The notes under the pieces are model-generated. The model ran no database searches. It saw nothing but the letters and a program-made list of their open reading frames with translations, and was not told the origin of the DNA. From Squalus acanthias (Eukaryota): 64,000 bases of DNA. The stretch covers positions 5,644,001 through 5,708,000 of the forward strand of contig JASTWF010000033.1 of assembly GCA_030390025.1 (NCBI GenBank), given 5' to 3'. A program made the position numbers and the translations under genes. This document shows positions 1 to 13,002 of this stretch, in pieces (the stretch's first letter is position 1; each line of letters begins with the position of its first letter).

Positions 1-3000
1 CCGAAAGTTTATTTCACAGATCCAGACAGCTCCATTCACAGACCGAGACAGATCCATTCACAGACCCAGACCCCTCCATTCACAGACCCAGACAGCTCCA
101 TTCACAGACCCAGACAGCTCCATTCACAGACCCAGGCAGCTCCATTCACAGACTCAGACAGCTCCATTCACAGACTCAGTCAGCTCCATTCACAGACGCA
201 GACAGTTCCATTCAGAGAACCAGAGAGCTCCATTCACAGACTCAGACAGCTCTATTCACAGACCCAGACAGTTCCATTCAGAGACCCAGACAGCTCCATT
301 CACAGACCCAGATCGCTCCATTCACAGACTCAGAGAGCTCCATTCACAGACTCAGACAGCTCCTTTCACAGACCCAGACAGATCCATTCACAGACTCAGG
401 CAGCAACATTCACAGACATGGAAAGCTAATTTGAAAAAAACAGACAGCTCATTTCACGAACAGATCAGACAATTCATTTGACAGACCCAGACATCTGCAT
501 TCAGAAACTCAAAAAGCTCATTTCAGACACTCAGACAGCTCCATTCAAAGATCCAGACGGCTGACTTCAAAGACTCTGAAAGCTCAGGTCACAGACCCAG
601 ACAGCTCCATTAACAAAGTCAGACAGCTCTATTCACAGACCCAGACAGCTCCATTTTCAGACCCAGAAAGCACATTTCACAGATCCAGACAGCTCATTCA
701 CAGACACAGACTGTTCCATTCACAGATCCAGACAGCTCCATTTACAGACTCAGACAGCTCCATTCACAGACCCAGACAGCTCCATTCACAGACCCAGACA
801 GCTCATTCACAGACACAGATAGCTCCATTCACAGACACAGACAGTTCCATTCACAGATCCAGACAGCTCCATTCACAGAACCAGACAGCTCCATTCACAG
901 ACCCAGACAGCTCATTCACAGACACAGACAGTTCCATTCACAGATCCAGACAGCTCCATTCACAGACACAGACAGCTCCATTCAAAGACCCAAACAGCTC
1001 CATTCACAGACCCAGACAGCTCCATTCACAGACCCAGACAGCTCCATTCACAGACTCAGACTGCTCCATTCACAGACTCAGTCAGCTCCATTCACAGACC
1101 CAGACAGTTCCATTCAGAGAACAGAGAGCTCCATTCAGAGACTCAGACAGCTCCATTCACAGACCCAGACCATTCAGACCCAGACAGCTCCATTCACAGA
1201 CCGAGATCGCTCCATTCAGAGACTCAGACAGCTCCATTCACAGACTCAGACATCTCCTTCACAGACCCAGACAGATCCATTCACAGACTCAGGGAGCAAT
1301 GTTCACAGACATGGAAAGCTAATTTGAAAAAACAGACAGCTCATTTCACGAGATTCAGACAATTCATTTGACAGACCCAGACATCTGCATTCAGAAACTC
1401 ATAAAAGCTAATTTCAGACACTCAGACAGCTCCATTTAAAGATCCAGACGGCTGACTTCAAAGACTCTGAAAGCTCAGGTCACTGACCCAGACAGCTCCA
1501 TTAACAAAGTCAGACAGCTCTATTCACAGACCCAGACAACTCCATTTTCAGACCCAGAAAGCACATTTCACAGATCCAGACAGCTCATTCACAGACCCAG
1601 ACAGCTCCATTCACAGACCCAGACAGCTCATTCACAGACACAGATAGCTCCATTCACAGAAACAGACAGTTCCATTCACAGTTCCAGACAGCTCCATTCA
1701 CAGAACCAGACAGCTCCATTCACAGACCCAGACTGCTCATTCACAGACACAGATAGCTCCATTCACAGACTCAGAGAGCTCAATTCACAGACCCAGACAG
1801 CTCATTCACAGACACAGACAGTTCCATTCACAGATCCAGTCAGCTCCATTCACAGACACAGACAGCTCCATTCAAAGACCCAAACAGCTCCATTCACAGA
1901 CCGAGTCAACTCCATTCACAGACACTGGCAGCTCCATTCACAGACTCAGACAGCTCCATTCACAGACCCAAACAGCTCCATTTACAGAACCAAACAGCTC
2001 CATTTACAGACACAGACAGCTCCATTCACAGACTCAGACAGCTCCATTAAAAGACCCAAACAGCTCCATTTACAGATCCAGACAGCTCCATTTACAGACC
2101 CAGACAGCTCCATTTACAGACTCAGACAGCTCCATTCACAGACCCAGACAGCTCCATTCACAGACCCAAACAGCTCCATTTACAGACCCAGACAGCTCCA
2201 TTTACAGACTCAGAAAGTTCATTTCAGAGACCTAGATAGCACCATTCACAGACAAATGCAGTTCCATTCAGAGACTCAGACAGCTCCATTCACAGACTCC
2301 GAAAGTTTATTTCACAGATCCAGACAGCTCCATTCACAGACCGAGACAGATCCATTCACAGACCCAGACCCCTCCATTCACAGACCCAGACAGCTCCATT
2401 CACAGACCCAGACAGCTCCATTCACAGACCCAGACAGCTCCATTCACAGACCCAGGCAGCTCCATTCACAGACTCAGACAGCTCCATTCACAGACTCAGC
2501 CAGCTCCATTCACAGACGCAGACAGTTCCATTCAGAGAACCAGAGAGCTCCATTCACAGACTCAGACAGCTCTATTCACAGACCCAGACAGTTCCATTCA
2601 GAGACCCAGACAGCTCCATTCACAGACCCAGATCGCTCCATTCACAGACTCAGAGAGCTCCATTCACAGACTCAGACAGCTCCTTTCACAGACCCAGACA
2701 GATCCATTCACAGACTCAGGCAGCAACATTCACAGACATGGAAAGCTAATTTGAAAAAAACAGACAGCTCATTTCACGAACAGATCAGACAATTCATTTG
2801 ACAGACCCAGACATCTGCATTCAGAAACTCAAAAAGCTCATTTCAGACACTCAGACAGCTCCATTCAAAGATCCAGACGGCTGACTTCAAAGACTCTGAA
2901 AGCTCAGGTCACAGACCCAGACAGCTCCATTAACAAAGTCAGACAGCTCTATTCACAGACCCAGACAGCTCCATTTTCAGACCCAGAAAGCACATTTCAC

Positions 3001-4568
3001 AGATCCAGACAGCTCATTCACAGACACAGACTGTTCCATTCACAGATCCAGACAGCTCCATTTACAGACTCAGACAGCTCCATTCACAGACCCAGACAGC
3101 TCCATTCACAGACCCAGACAGCTCATTCACAGACACAGATAGCTCCATTCACAGACACAGACAGTTCCATTCACAGATCCAGACAGCTCCATTCACAGAA
3201 CCAGACAGCTCCATTCACAGACCCAGACAGCTCATTCACAGACACAGACAGTTCCATTCACAGATCCAGACAGCTCCATTCACAGACACAGACAGCTCCA
3301 TTCAAAGACCCAAACAGCTCCATTCACAGACCCAGACAGCTCCATTCACAGACCCAGACAGCTCCATTCACAGACTCAGACTGCTCCATTCACAGACTCA
3401 GTCAGCTCCATTCACAGACCCAGACAGTTCCATTCAGAGAACCAGAGAGCTCCATTCAGAGACTCAGACAGCTCCATTCACAGACCCAGACAGTTTCATT
3501 CAGAGACCCAGACAGCTCCATTCACAGACCGAGATCGCTCCATTCAGAGACTCAGACAGCTCCATTCACAGACTCAGACATCTCCTTTCACAGACCCAGA
3601 CAGATCCATTCACAGACTCAGGCAGCAACGTTCACAGACATGGAAAGCTAATTTGAAAAAAACAGACAGCTCATTTCACGAACAGATTCAGACAATTCAT
3701 TTGACAGACCCAGACATCTGCATTCAGAAACTCATAAAAGCTAATTTCAGACACTCAGACAGCTCCATTTAAAGATCCAGACGGCTGACTTCAAAGACTC
3801 TGAAAGCTCAGGTCACTGACCCAGACAGCTCCATTAACAAAGTCAGACAGCTCTATTCACAGACCCAGACAACTCCATTTTCAGACCCAGAAAGCACATT
3901 TCACAGATCCAGACAGCTCATTCACAGACCCAGACAGCTCCATTCACAGACCCAGACAGCTCATTCACAGACACAGATAGCTCCATTCACAGAAACAGAC
4001 AGTTCCATTCACAGTTCCAGACAGCTCCATTCACAGAACCAGACAGCTCCATTCACAGACCCAGACTGCTCATTCACAGACACAGATAGCTCCATTCACA
4101 GACTCAGAGAGCTCAATTCACAGACCCAGACAGCTCATTCACAGACACAGACAGTTCCATTCACAGATCCAGTCAGCTCCATTCACAGACACAGACAGCT
4201 CCATTCAAAGACCCAAACAGCTCCATTAACAGACCCAGACAGCTCCATTTACAGACTCTGACAGCTCAATTCACCGACACAGACTTCTCCATTCAGAGAC
4301 CCAGACAGCTCCATTTACAGACTCTCGCAGCTCCATTCACAGACCCACACAGCTCGATTTACAGACCCAGACAGCTCCATTCACAGACCCAGACAGCTCC
4401 ATTCACAGACTCAGACAGCTCCATTCTCAGACGCAGACAGCTCCATTCACAGAACCAGACATCTCCATTCACAGACTCAGACAGCTCCATTCACATACCC
4501 AGACCACTCCATTCACAGATCCAGACAGCTCCATTCACAGAACCAGACAGCTCCATTCACAGACCCCA
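1..4568 (+). repeat. 22-bp satellite (consensus CAGACAGCTCCATTCACAGACC) with ~0.9-kb and ~2.3-kb higher-order periods; runs off the left edge
   Basis: Continuous tandem monomers. Variant block GAAAGCTAATTTGAAAAA recurs at ~421, ~1314, ~2741 and ~3643, and CCGAAAGTTTATTT recurs at 1 and 2299. Confidence 0.97.
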
Positions 4569-4569
4569 T

Positions 4570-7222
4570 ATGTGGAATCAATATGGGTTGAGCTGCAGAA
4601 CACCAAAGGGCAGAAAACGTTAGTGGGGGTTGTGTACAGACCTCCAAACAGTAGTAGTGAGGTGGAGGAGTGTATGAAACAGGAAATCAGAGGTGCATGC
4701 AAAAAAGGCGCAGCAGTTATCATGGGTGACTTTAATATGCATATAGATTGGGCTACTCAAACTGGAAGCAATACGGTGGAGGAGGATTTCCTGGAGTGTC
4801 TAAGGGATGGTTTCCTAAACCAATATGTTGAGGAACCAACTAGAGGGGAGGCCATCCTGGACTGGGTGTTGTGTAATGAGGAAGGACTAATTAGCAATCT
4901 TGTGGTGCGAGGCCCCTTGGGGAAGAGTGACCATAGTATGGTGGAGTTCTACATTAGGATGGAGAAGGAAACAGTTAACTCAGAGACCATGGTCCAGAAC
5001 TTAAATAAGGGCAACTTTGAGGGTATGAGGCGTGAATAGGCGAGGTTAGATTGGCAAGCGATATTTAAGGGGTTATCAGTGGAAGGGCAATGGCAGACAT
5101 TTAGAGACCGCATGGATGAACTACAGCAATTGTACATCCCTGTCTGGCGTAAAAATAAAAAATGGAAGGTGGCTCAACCATGGCTAAGAAGGGAAATCAG
5201 GTATAGTATTAAAAGCAAGGATGTGGCATACAAATTGGCCAGAAGTAGCAGCAAACCCGGGGACTGGGAGAACTTTAAAACTCAGCAGAGGAGGACGAAG
5301 GGTTTGATTAGGGCAGGGAAAATAAAATATGAAAGGAAGCTTGCGGAGAACATTAAAACGGACTGCAAAAGCTTCTATAAATATGTAAAAAGAAAGAGGT
5401 TAGTAAAAACAAACGTAGGTCCCCTGCAGTCAGAAACAGGGGAAGTCATAATGGGGAACAAAGAAATGGCAGATCAATTGAACAAGTACTTTGGTTCGGT
5501 GTTTACTGTGGAGGACACAAACAACCTTCCGAAAATAAAAGAGATCAAAGGATCTGGTAAGAGGGTGGAGCTGAGGGAAATCCTTATCAGTCGGGAAAAG
5601 GTGTTGGGGAAATTGATGGGACTGAAGGCTGATAAATCCGCAGGGCCTGATGGCCTGCATCCCAGAGTACTTAAGGAGGTGGCCTTGGAAATAGTGGATG
5701 CATTGACGATCATTTTCCAACATTCCTTAGACTCTGGATCAGTTCCGAAGGAGTGGAGGGTGGCTAATGTAACCCCTCTTTTTAAAAAAGGAGGGAGGGA
5801 GAAAGCAGGGAATTATAGACCGGTCAGCCTGACATCGGTGGTGGGTAAAATGATGGAATCAATGATTAAAGATGTCATAACAGACCATTTGGAAAGTGGC
5901 GACATGATAGGTCCAAGTCAGCATGGATTTGTGATAGGGAAATCATGCTTGACAAATCTTCTGGAATTTTTTGAGGATGTTTCCAATAGGGTGGACGGGG
6001 GGGGGGAACCAGTAGATGTGGTGTATTTGGACTTTCAGAAGGCCTTCGACAAGGTCCCACACAAGAGATTGGTGTGCAAAGTTAAAGCGCATGGGATTGG
6101 GGGTAATGTGTTGACGTGGATTGAGAACTGGTTGGCACACAGGAAACAAAGAGCAGGAGTAAATGGGTACTTTTCAGAATGGCAGGCAGTGACCAGCGGG
6201 GTACCGCAGGATTCGGTGCTGGGGCCGCAGCTGTTCACATTATATATTAATGATTTGGACGAAGGGATTAATTGTAATATCTCCAAATTTGCGGATGACA
6301 CTAAATTGGGAGGCAGTGTGAAAAATGAGGAGGATGCTAGGAGGCTACAGAGTGACTTGGACAGGTTGGGTGAATGGGCAAATGTATGGCAGATGAAGTA
6401 CAATGTGGATAAATGTGAGGTTATCCACTTTGGTGGTAAAAATAGGGAGGCAGACTATTACCTGAATGGTGGCAGATTAGGGAATGGGGAGGTGCAAGGA
6501 GACCTGGGCGTCATGGTACATCAGTCACTGAAGGTGGGAAGGCAAGTGCAGCAGGCAGTCAAGAAAGCAAATGGCATGATGGCCTTCATAGCAAGGGGAT
6601 TTGAGTACAGGAGTAGGGAGGTGATGCTACAGTTGTACAGGGCCTTGGTGAGGCCACACCTGGAGTATTGTGTGCAGTTTTGGTCTCCTAACTTGAGGAA
6701 GGACATTCTTGCTATTGAGGGAGTGCAACGAAGGTTCACTAGATTGATTCCTGTGATGGCCAGACTGACATATCAAGAAAGACTGGATCAACTGAACTTG
6801 TATCCTCTGGAGTTCAGAAGAATGAGGGGGGATCTTATAGAGACGTTTAAAATCCTGACTGGTTTAGACAAATTAGATGCGGGCAGAATGTTTCCAATGT
6901 TAGGGAAAACTAAAACCAGGGGTCACAGTCTAAGGATAAAGGGGAAGCCATTTAAGACTGAGATGAGGAGGAACTTCTTCACCCAGAGAGTGGCGAATCT
7001 GTGGAATTCTCTACCACAGAAGGTTGTTGAGGCCAGTTCGCTAAATATATTCAAAAGGGAGTTAGATATAATACTCACAACTAGGGGGATCAAGGGGTAT
7101 GGCGAGAAAGCAGGAATGGGGTACTGAGGTAGCATGTTCAGCCATGAACGCATTGAATGGCGGTGCAGGCTCGAAGGACCGAATGGTCTATTCCTGCACC
7201 TATTTTCTATGTTTCTATGTTT
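4570..7222 (+). mobile_element. 5'-truncated CR1 LINE, near-identical family to the full-length copy at 13473-17932
   Basis: APE motifs (GDFN, SDH), RT motifs (YLDFQKAFD, KFADD) and a 3' UTR ending in (CTATGTTT)n. One premature TAG at 5037-5039. Confidence 0.97.
4572..7127 (+). pseudogene. CR1 ORF2 (endonuclease-RT), 5'-truncated, one internal stop
   Basis: ORFs 4572-5039 and 5079-7127 are in the same frame and align to the intact 978-aa ORF2. Confidence 0.95.
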
Positions 7223-7462
7223 CCTATTTCTAACTTCAGACGGCAGATCCCCCTCGAACTGCCTTTCTGCCGCTGTTAAACTATCCTTGATTAACAATGC
7301 TACTCCTCCACCTTTCTTACCACCTTCCCTACTCTTACTGAAACATCTATACCCCGGAACTTCCAACAACCATTCCTGTCCCTGTTCCAACCATGTCTCC
7401 GAAATGGCCACCACATCGTAGTCCCAAGTACCAATCCACGCTCCAAGTTTTCCTACCTTATT
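7220..7462 (-). mobile_element. Short fragment of a different CR1 family (APE endonuclease N-terminus)
   Basis: Translates YDVVAISETWL...GGGVALLIKD...EVRNRK. Confidence 0.85.
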
Positions 7463-7711
7463 CTTACAAGAATTTTGTAAAAAGCAAATCTTCATTTATA
7501 TATCAAGCCATTTGATATTTTTCTGGACTGGACTTTCTTGGGGAATGTTTGTGGCGTGTTTCATAGCACATCCTGCTGTGGGATCTTACTCTCCCCTTAA
7601 TCAAAACTCAAACAAGACAAGACATTTGTTAAAGAAAAAGTATATGTTATATTTTTTAAATTATTTTCAGAGTAATACATTTGATTGTTTTCTGGTCTGG
7701 GCTTTATGAGG
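7463..7711 (-). repeat. Inverted fragment of the ~1.8-kb repeat unit found at 20838-25672
   Basis: Reverse complement matches CCACAAACATTCCCC...AGTCCAGAAAAATATCAAATGGCTT...TTTTACAAAATTCTTG of the array units. Confidence 0.9.
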
Positions 7712-8529
7712 TGCAGTAACCAAAATTAAATCACACTTTAGGTTAATGTTAGAATATGTATAATATAGCATCAATGTACAGTGTTGAGTTGGCAAATTAA
7801 TCCATGCCGAGTTAAACGGTAGACAGGTCTGTATTCATTAGACAAGACTAAGATGGTGGGAAATTAAACTGCAGAGTCAGCTGCAGAGTATGACTCGTGG
7901 GAAAATTAGGGAGGATACCTACTCAGCAAGGCAGGATAACACGCATACAAGATAACATACATAAGGATTGAGTGACGATGTTGCCCGAGATGGCCTTCGC
8001 TTGTTGTGAAGCTACAACATGGCTGACCAGAAGACAAAATGGCTTACATCGAAGTCAAGTTGAACTAATTATACTATGCTTGCTTTGCAAAAGTACATGA
8101 GCAGGTCACAAGGTCAGAATCTATGCTTTGAAGAGATTGTGACTCTCAGACTACACGAATAGATAAGAAAGAAGGCCACGATGATAGAGGGGTAGGGATA
8201 AGTCAATTAAGCTAAAACATGGTTGACTGCAGAATGTAGGAAGAAAGCATAAAAATGTCACGCGGTAGAAGTAATGGATATAATGGAATACTAGACACCA
8301 TGATGGATAAATTTGTACCCTCCCCTAGGGCAGGATGAGACTGATAAGATTGTGTATAAAAATGTAATTTACTAAGCTGTCGTTGGAGTCAGATCCAAGA
8401 GCGGTCTTGGAAGGTTCTCCCCAGGCCTGTGAATAAAGATCGTTTTGAACCATCATTCGAAGTCTGTCATCTGTACTGAAGCTAAGCGTCGACCTTGTAT
8501 ATCACTTGGTCCGCTGATTGCTTAGAACA
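7712..8529 (+). repeat. ERV-A 5' LTR (~818 bp)
   Basis: TGCAGTAACC...CTTAGAACA, with TATAAAA at 8355 and AATAAA at 8432. Direct repeat of 19930-20750. Confidence 0.96.
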
Positions 8530-8531
8530 AT

Positions 8532-8549
8532 TGGCGTAGTTGGCAGGAT
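8532..8549 (+). promoter_or_regulatory. Primer-binding site, tRNA-Ser
   Basis: TGGCGTAGTTGGCAGGAT lies 2 nt after the LTR and is complementary to the vertebrate tRNA-Ser 3' end (ATCCTGCCGACTACGCCA) with one G:U pair. Confidence 0.92.
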
Positions 8550-8588
8550 CACAGACTCTGACCAGTCCACAGGAACATTAATCTAAGA

Positions 8589-8597
8589 AGGGTGAGT
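8589..8597 (+). promoter_or_regulatory. Candidate major splice donor of ERV-A (candidate env acceptor TTTTTACAG|G at ~13265)
   Basis: AGG|GTGAGT shortly after the PBS, the usual retroviral position. Confidence 0.6.
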
Positions 8598-8984
8598 ATA
8601 TTTTAAATTACCACCCATAAATTAGAAAGCTCAGAACGTACTGTGAGATCTGGTAAGGCTGTGATTAAAAGGACCAAAATTTTAAAAAAAAGACAGACTC
8701 GAGGAAGTGGTGCAGTCTGATAAGCCGGGAAGGCGGCAAAATCCTCCAAGTAAAATTGGATCCTTGAGAGTCACGGGGTGATCGACACAGACAAGGGTGT
8801 TGAAATATCTCAAACACCTAGCCTGAGCCCGAATTAATAGGACGTAGTCCCACGTGACGGCCAGGATCAAGTAGATGTAGGGAACTAATAACACCACAGG
8901 ATCGTGACCCCGTGACTAAGTGTGTGTGGGTGAATGATAAAGTAACATAAGAACCACTGAGAAGTAAGTCAGAAGTTATATAGA

Positions 8985-9368
8985 ATGCCTAAAAAGGATG
9001 TAGAAATAAAGGAGGAGGGACCGTCCCCTTGGGGAGATCCCGACTCCGTCACTCGCTATTTAGTGGACAAAAATTAGAAACTCATTGAAACTATGAAAAA
9101 GAAATGGCGGGATCCCGAGGGCAGCGCAGAGAGCCAAAGGGCTTGGTGGAGGGGACAAACCAAAGATAAAGAAGGAAAAAGATCTAATTTGCAGGCTAAC
9201 CAATCTGAAAACTCAGCAAAGGAAGAAAAAAAAAGAGATTTGGAAAGCCAGGAAAAGCTGCTGAGACAATCATGTAAAAAGGAAAAATACAAAGTGAAAT
9301 TTAAAGTTTTACCGACATGGAAGTTATTAATGTCTGTGCCGAGACAAATAAAACACAAGATTTGCTGA
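8985..9368 (+). pseudogene. gag: ERV-A gag N-terminal relic
   Basis: MPKK...WGDPDSVTRYLVDKN*KLIETMKKKWRDPEGSAESQRAWWRGQ aligns with the ERV-B Gag start WGPMGSLTTFYADNRKGLVDKMTKEGWDP...QREWWEGQ. Confidence 0.75.
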
Positions 9369-10200
9369 GTGAAAGGAATCTTAAAAGGAATGCTGGGATC
9401 TCAGTTTGTGTGAAATTGTGATATAAAAGTGAGAAAGTTTCCAGACTGTGACTGTTTAAGGAGTTACAGTATTGCTTTTGTCTGAAAGTCTCTCTTTAAA
9501 AAAGTATCCGTCATTTTTGTTTTAGCTCCACCCACTCTTTTGTACACAGAGCGAAAAGCTGTTTAACCCTTTGAAGACTTGTCTTCAATGATAGTCAAGC
9601 GTGTGTTGTTTTAAGTTTGTTAATTGCTTTACAAAAGATAAGCTTCAGCCTTGAAGTCACAGTTGCCAACGTGACTGGAAGAAAATGAATTTGAATATTT
9701 ACAAGGCATGGGTAATTGTTTCTTTGTTAATATGGTTTCTTTCTTTTCCAAGTGATACTGGTTAGTTTAAAAAAAATGATCTGGATTGAATTGGAGTTAT
9801 TGAGGTTAATTAACCTATTAAAACCAGACTTTTGTTGTGGCCACGGTGAAATTGTGGTTGGTGTAAATTTGTGTAGACCGCATCGAATAAGATTGTGCAC
9901 CTAGAATTGAAACAAAATTTCAAACTGCAATCTAAGTAAAGCTGGTGTGTAAAAACTGAGAAGAAAAACAAAAAGTTTGTTTAACAAAAGATTAAGTTTC
10001 AGTCTAAGATTTAACCTTGGAGTGGCAGCTGCTATGGTGAAATCCTCCAAAGCAATTTGATTAAATGTGAAAAACTAATTTTTCTCCAGTTGTAAGCAAC
10101 AACTTTAGTATTGCTGAATGAAATTTAAAGATATTGGACATTATTAAATTTAAGTGTCTTCATTTTAAGTTAATATTTCCCCACAGTGACGGAAGGAAAA

Positions 10201-11780
10201 TTAAGATTCGATAAATTACCCCTTGGGCTCTTAAACAGAACGATATCAGATAGCCGGAAAGCAAAGTGGGAAGCAATCCTCCTACGAAGAGATAGATCAG
10301 TATAAATAGAAAAACATACAGGAATAAACCCAGCATCCGGAATATTAACAGAAGGGTATGAGCATAGTTGCCAAGTAAAAATAGAGGAAGAAGTAAGTAG
10401 TGGGGTAAAAGAGAACCCCCTCGATGACCCGGATGAAGTATTATTCGTGGATGGATGAAGAAAATACATAAATGGGAAACTTGGAACAGGATGGGCCGTA
10501 GTAAATGAGGAGGGGGAAACCTTAATGACTGGAGCACTACAGGGGGATAAATCAGCACAGGTGGCTGAATTGGTGGCCCTGATCAATGCATTAGAATCAG
10601 CAAAGGACAAAAAGTGAACATATACACGGACAGTTGATACGCATTTGAGGTGGTTCATGATTATATGGCTTCGTGGGCTTGAAGGGAATATGTAACCTCA
10701 ACCGGAGAGGTAGTAAAACATGGAAAACTAATAGAAAGGCTAGTGAAGGCCGCGCAGGCACCCCTGGAGGCAGCCGTAATAAAAGTTAAAGCTCTTACTA
10801 AGATAGGGGAAGGCTCAAGGGAAGCTCGAGATCTGCCCCTGCTAGGAAACCGATCTGCTGACACAGCAGCGAAAAGGGCCGCAGAGGACCTAAGGCCAGA
10901 ACCAGCCTTTAGGACCGAAGTAAACATGGTAATGGCCACTAGCGGAATAAAGGAGGTAAACGTAGCTGAGGTCCAACAGGACGTTAGCACAGAGGAAAAA
11001 GAAAGATGGAAGCAGGCGGGGGCACAAAAGCAGGATGAGATATGGAAATGGGGACCACGGAATCAGGTAGTAGCACCCGAGTGCTGCAGGCAACAACTGC
11101 TGACACTATATCACGGTATAACCCACACTGGGAGGAGTAGCATGCTACACCTACTATCCCAATACTGGTGGTGGCCCGGAAAGGGAAGGGATGTGGCAAA
11201 GCATTGCCAGAAATGTATAATATGTGCTAGAAATAATGTGGGACGAGGCTGTAAGGTAACGATGGGAAACCAACCGAGACCACAGGGGCCCTGGGAAAAC
11301 TTACAAATCGACTTTACCGGACCACTAGCCCAGGACAGAGGAAAGAAGTACTGCCCTGTAATAATTGACCAATTTACCAGATGGGTGGAAGCCTTTGCCA
11401 CCCGAGACTGCTCAGCAAGGAGAGTAGCATAAATACTGGCCAGTGAAGTAATACCCAGATGGGGAGTCCCACTCCAAATTGACTCTGATAATGGTACGCA
11501 TTTTACTGGGAAAATAATGAAGGAAACTTGTAAGTTGCTAGGGATAACCCAGAAGTATCACATCCCGTACCACCCGCAGAGCTCCGGGATGGTGGAAAGA
11601 ATGAATAGAACCTTAAAAACCACCCTGGCAAAGGCAATACAGGAAACCGGAAAAGGGTGGTCAGAATTAACCCCCAGTATACTATTGAGATTAAGAGCAA
11701 CCCGGGACGAGTAACCGGACTAACAGCCTATGAATTAATGACAGGCAGAGCAATGAGGCTACCAGAAGACCTACTAGGCA
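10201..11780 (+). pseudogene. pol: ERV-A pol relic: end of tether, RNase H and first integrase (HHCC + D,D35E); stops and frameshifts
   Basis: LFVDG*...SAQVAELVAL...VNIYTDS*YAF (RNase H), then H-x3-H...C-x2-C, QIDFTG, IDSDNG and SGMVERMN. Confidence 0.92.
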
Positions 11781-13002
11781 GTAAACAAGGTCGAAACAGA
11801 ACCAGAAACGCAGATAGACATAGCTGCTATTACTGCCCTGCCAGAGAATATAGACATATCCAAATTACATAAGGAATTATCCCAAGAGGAGAAGCAGCTA
11901 TGGGAACGAAGAGGTGCAAGAGAAAGGGCGGGGGGAATATGGAGAAAAGAGCAGCAAATATGTAAACCAAGCTGTATACAACAAGAATTAATTAAATTGT
12001 ACCATGGTAGACAACACGCAGGTATATCCAATATGTTAAACAACCTCCAGCGATGCTGGTGGAGGCCCGGAATGAAACAAGCTGTGGACAGATTCTGTAG
12101 ACACTGCCCCATATGTGCACAGTATAACATAGGGAAACCTGTCAAGGTAAAGTGGGGACATGAGCCGAGACCAAGAGGCCCATGGGAACAGTTGCAGATA
12201 GACTTCACTGGACCCTTACCAGAAGCAAAAGGAAAAACATATTGTTTGGTAATAATTGATCAATTTACTAGATGGGTTGAAGCATATGCCACTAGAGATT
12301 GTACAGCTACAACAGTGGCACAAATAATGGCAGAGGAAGTAGTGCCACGATGGGGAGTCCTGGTACAAATTGATTCAGACCAGGGAACGCATTTTACGGG
12401 AAAGGTCATAAAAGAGTCATGTGCATTATTAGGTATCAGAAAGAGGTTCCACATACCATACCACCCTCAGAGTTCAGGGATGATAGAAAGGATGAACCGG
12501 ACATTGAAATTATCCTCAGCTAAGGCAATAGAAGACACAGGAAAAGGATGGGCAGAATTACTTCCAAGTATACTAATGAGACTTAGGGCAACTCCGAATA
12601 AAACTACGGGGCTGACACCATTTGAACTGACGAGCAATGATACTGCCAGAAGGGGTCGTTACCGGGAGAGAGGATGTAGGGCCCCTGGAAGACAGAATCA
12701 GGAGATTTATTAAACAATTGTGTACGCAATTGCACGCTCTCAGACATGAGGCCAAAGACCAAAAGATTATACGGGATCTAGAACAGGATACACGGGACGA
12801 TCAGAAGGAGGTCCCAGCAATAGGTAGCAAGGTGATGGCAAAGATAATACCAACCAAACCAGAGCTAGCACCCAGATGGTCAGGACCTTACGAAGTATTA
12901 ATGAACAGTGACACATGCGCTTGTATAGATGAATTCGGAACGGGTAAAGGAAGCTGGAAACACTGGACTCAGTTAAAGGTATATAACAAGACTAATGAGT
13001 AG
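11781..13002 (+). pseudogene. pol: ERV-A second integrase (HHCC + D,D35E + C-terminal GPY domain); one frameshift near 12630
   Basis: YHGRQH...CPIC, QIDFTG, IDSDQG, SGMIERMN and PRWSGPY. Confidence 0.92.

Noticed and set aside
1..4568. CRISPR-like regular repeats and the 181-aa ORF at 2256-2801
   Set aside because: Monomers are contiguous with no unique spacers, the context is eukaryotic, and the ORF is translated satellite.
6923..7495. 190-aa minus-strand ORF as a gene
   Set aside because: Chance fusion of an old CR1 endonuclease fragment with the antisense 3' end of another CR1.
8813..8874. Self-cleaving ribozyme in the ERV leader
   Set aside because: No CUGANGA/GAAA core and no recognisable HDV or twister fold by eye; kept only as a candidate packaging signal.
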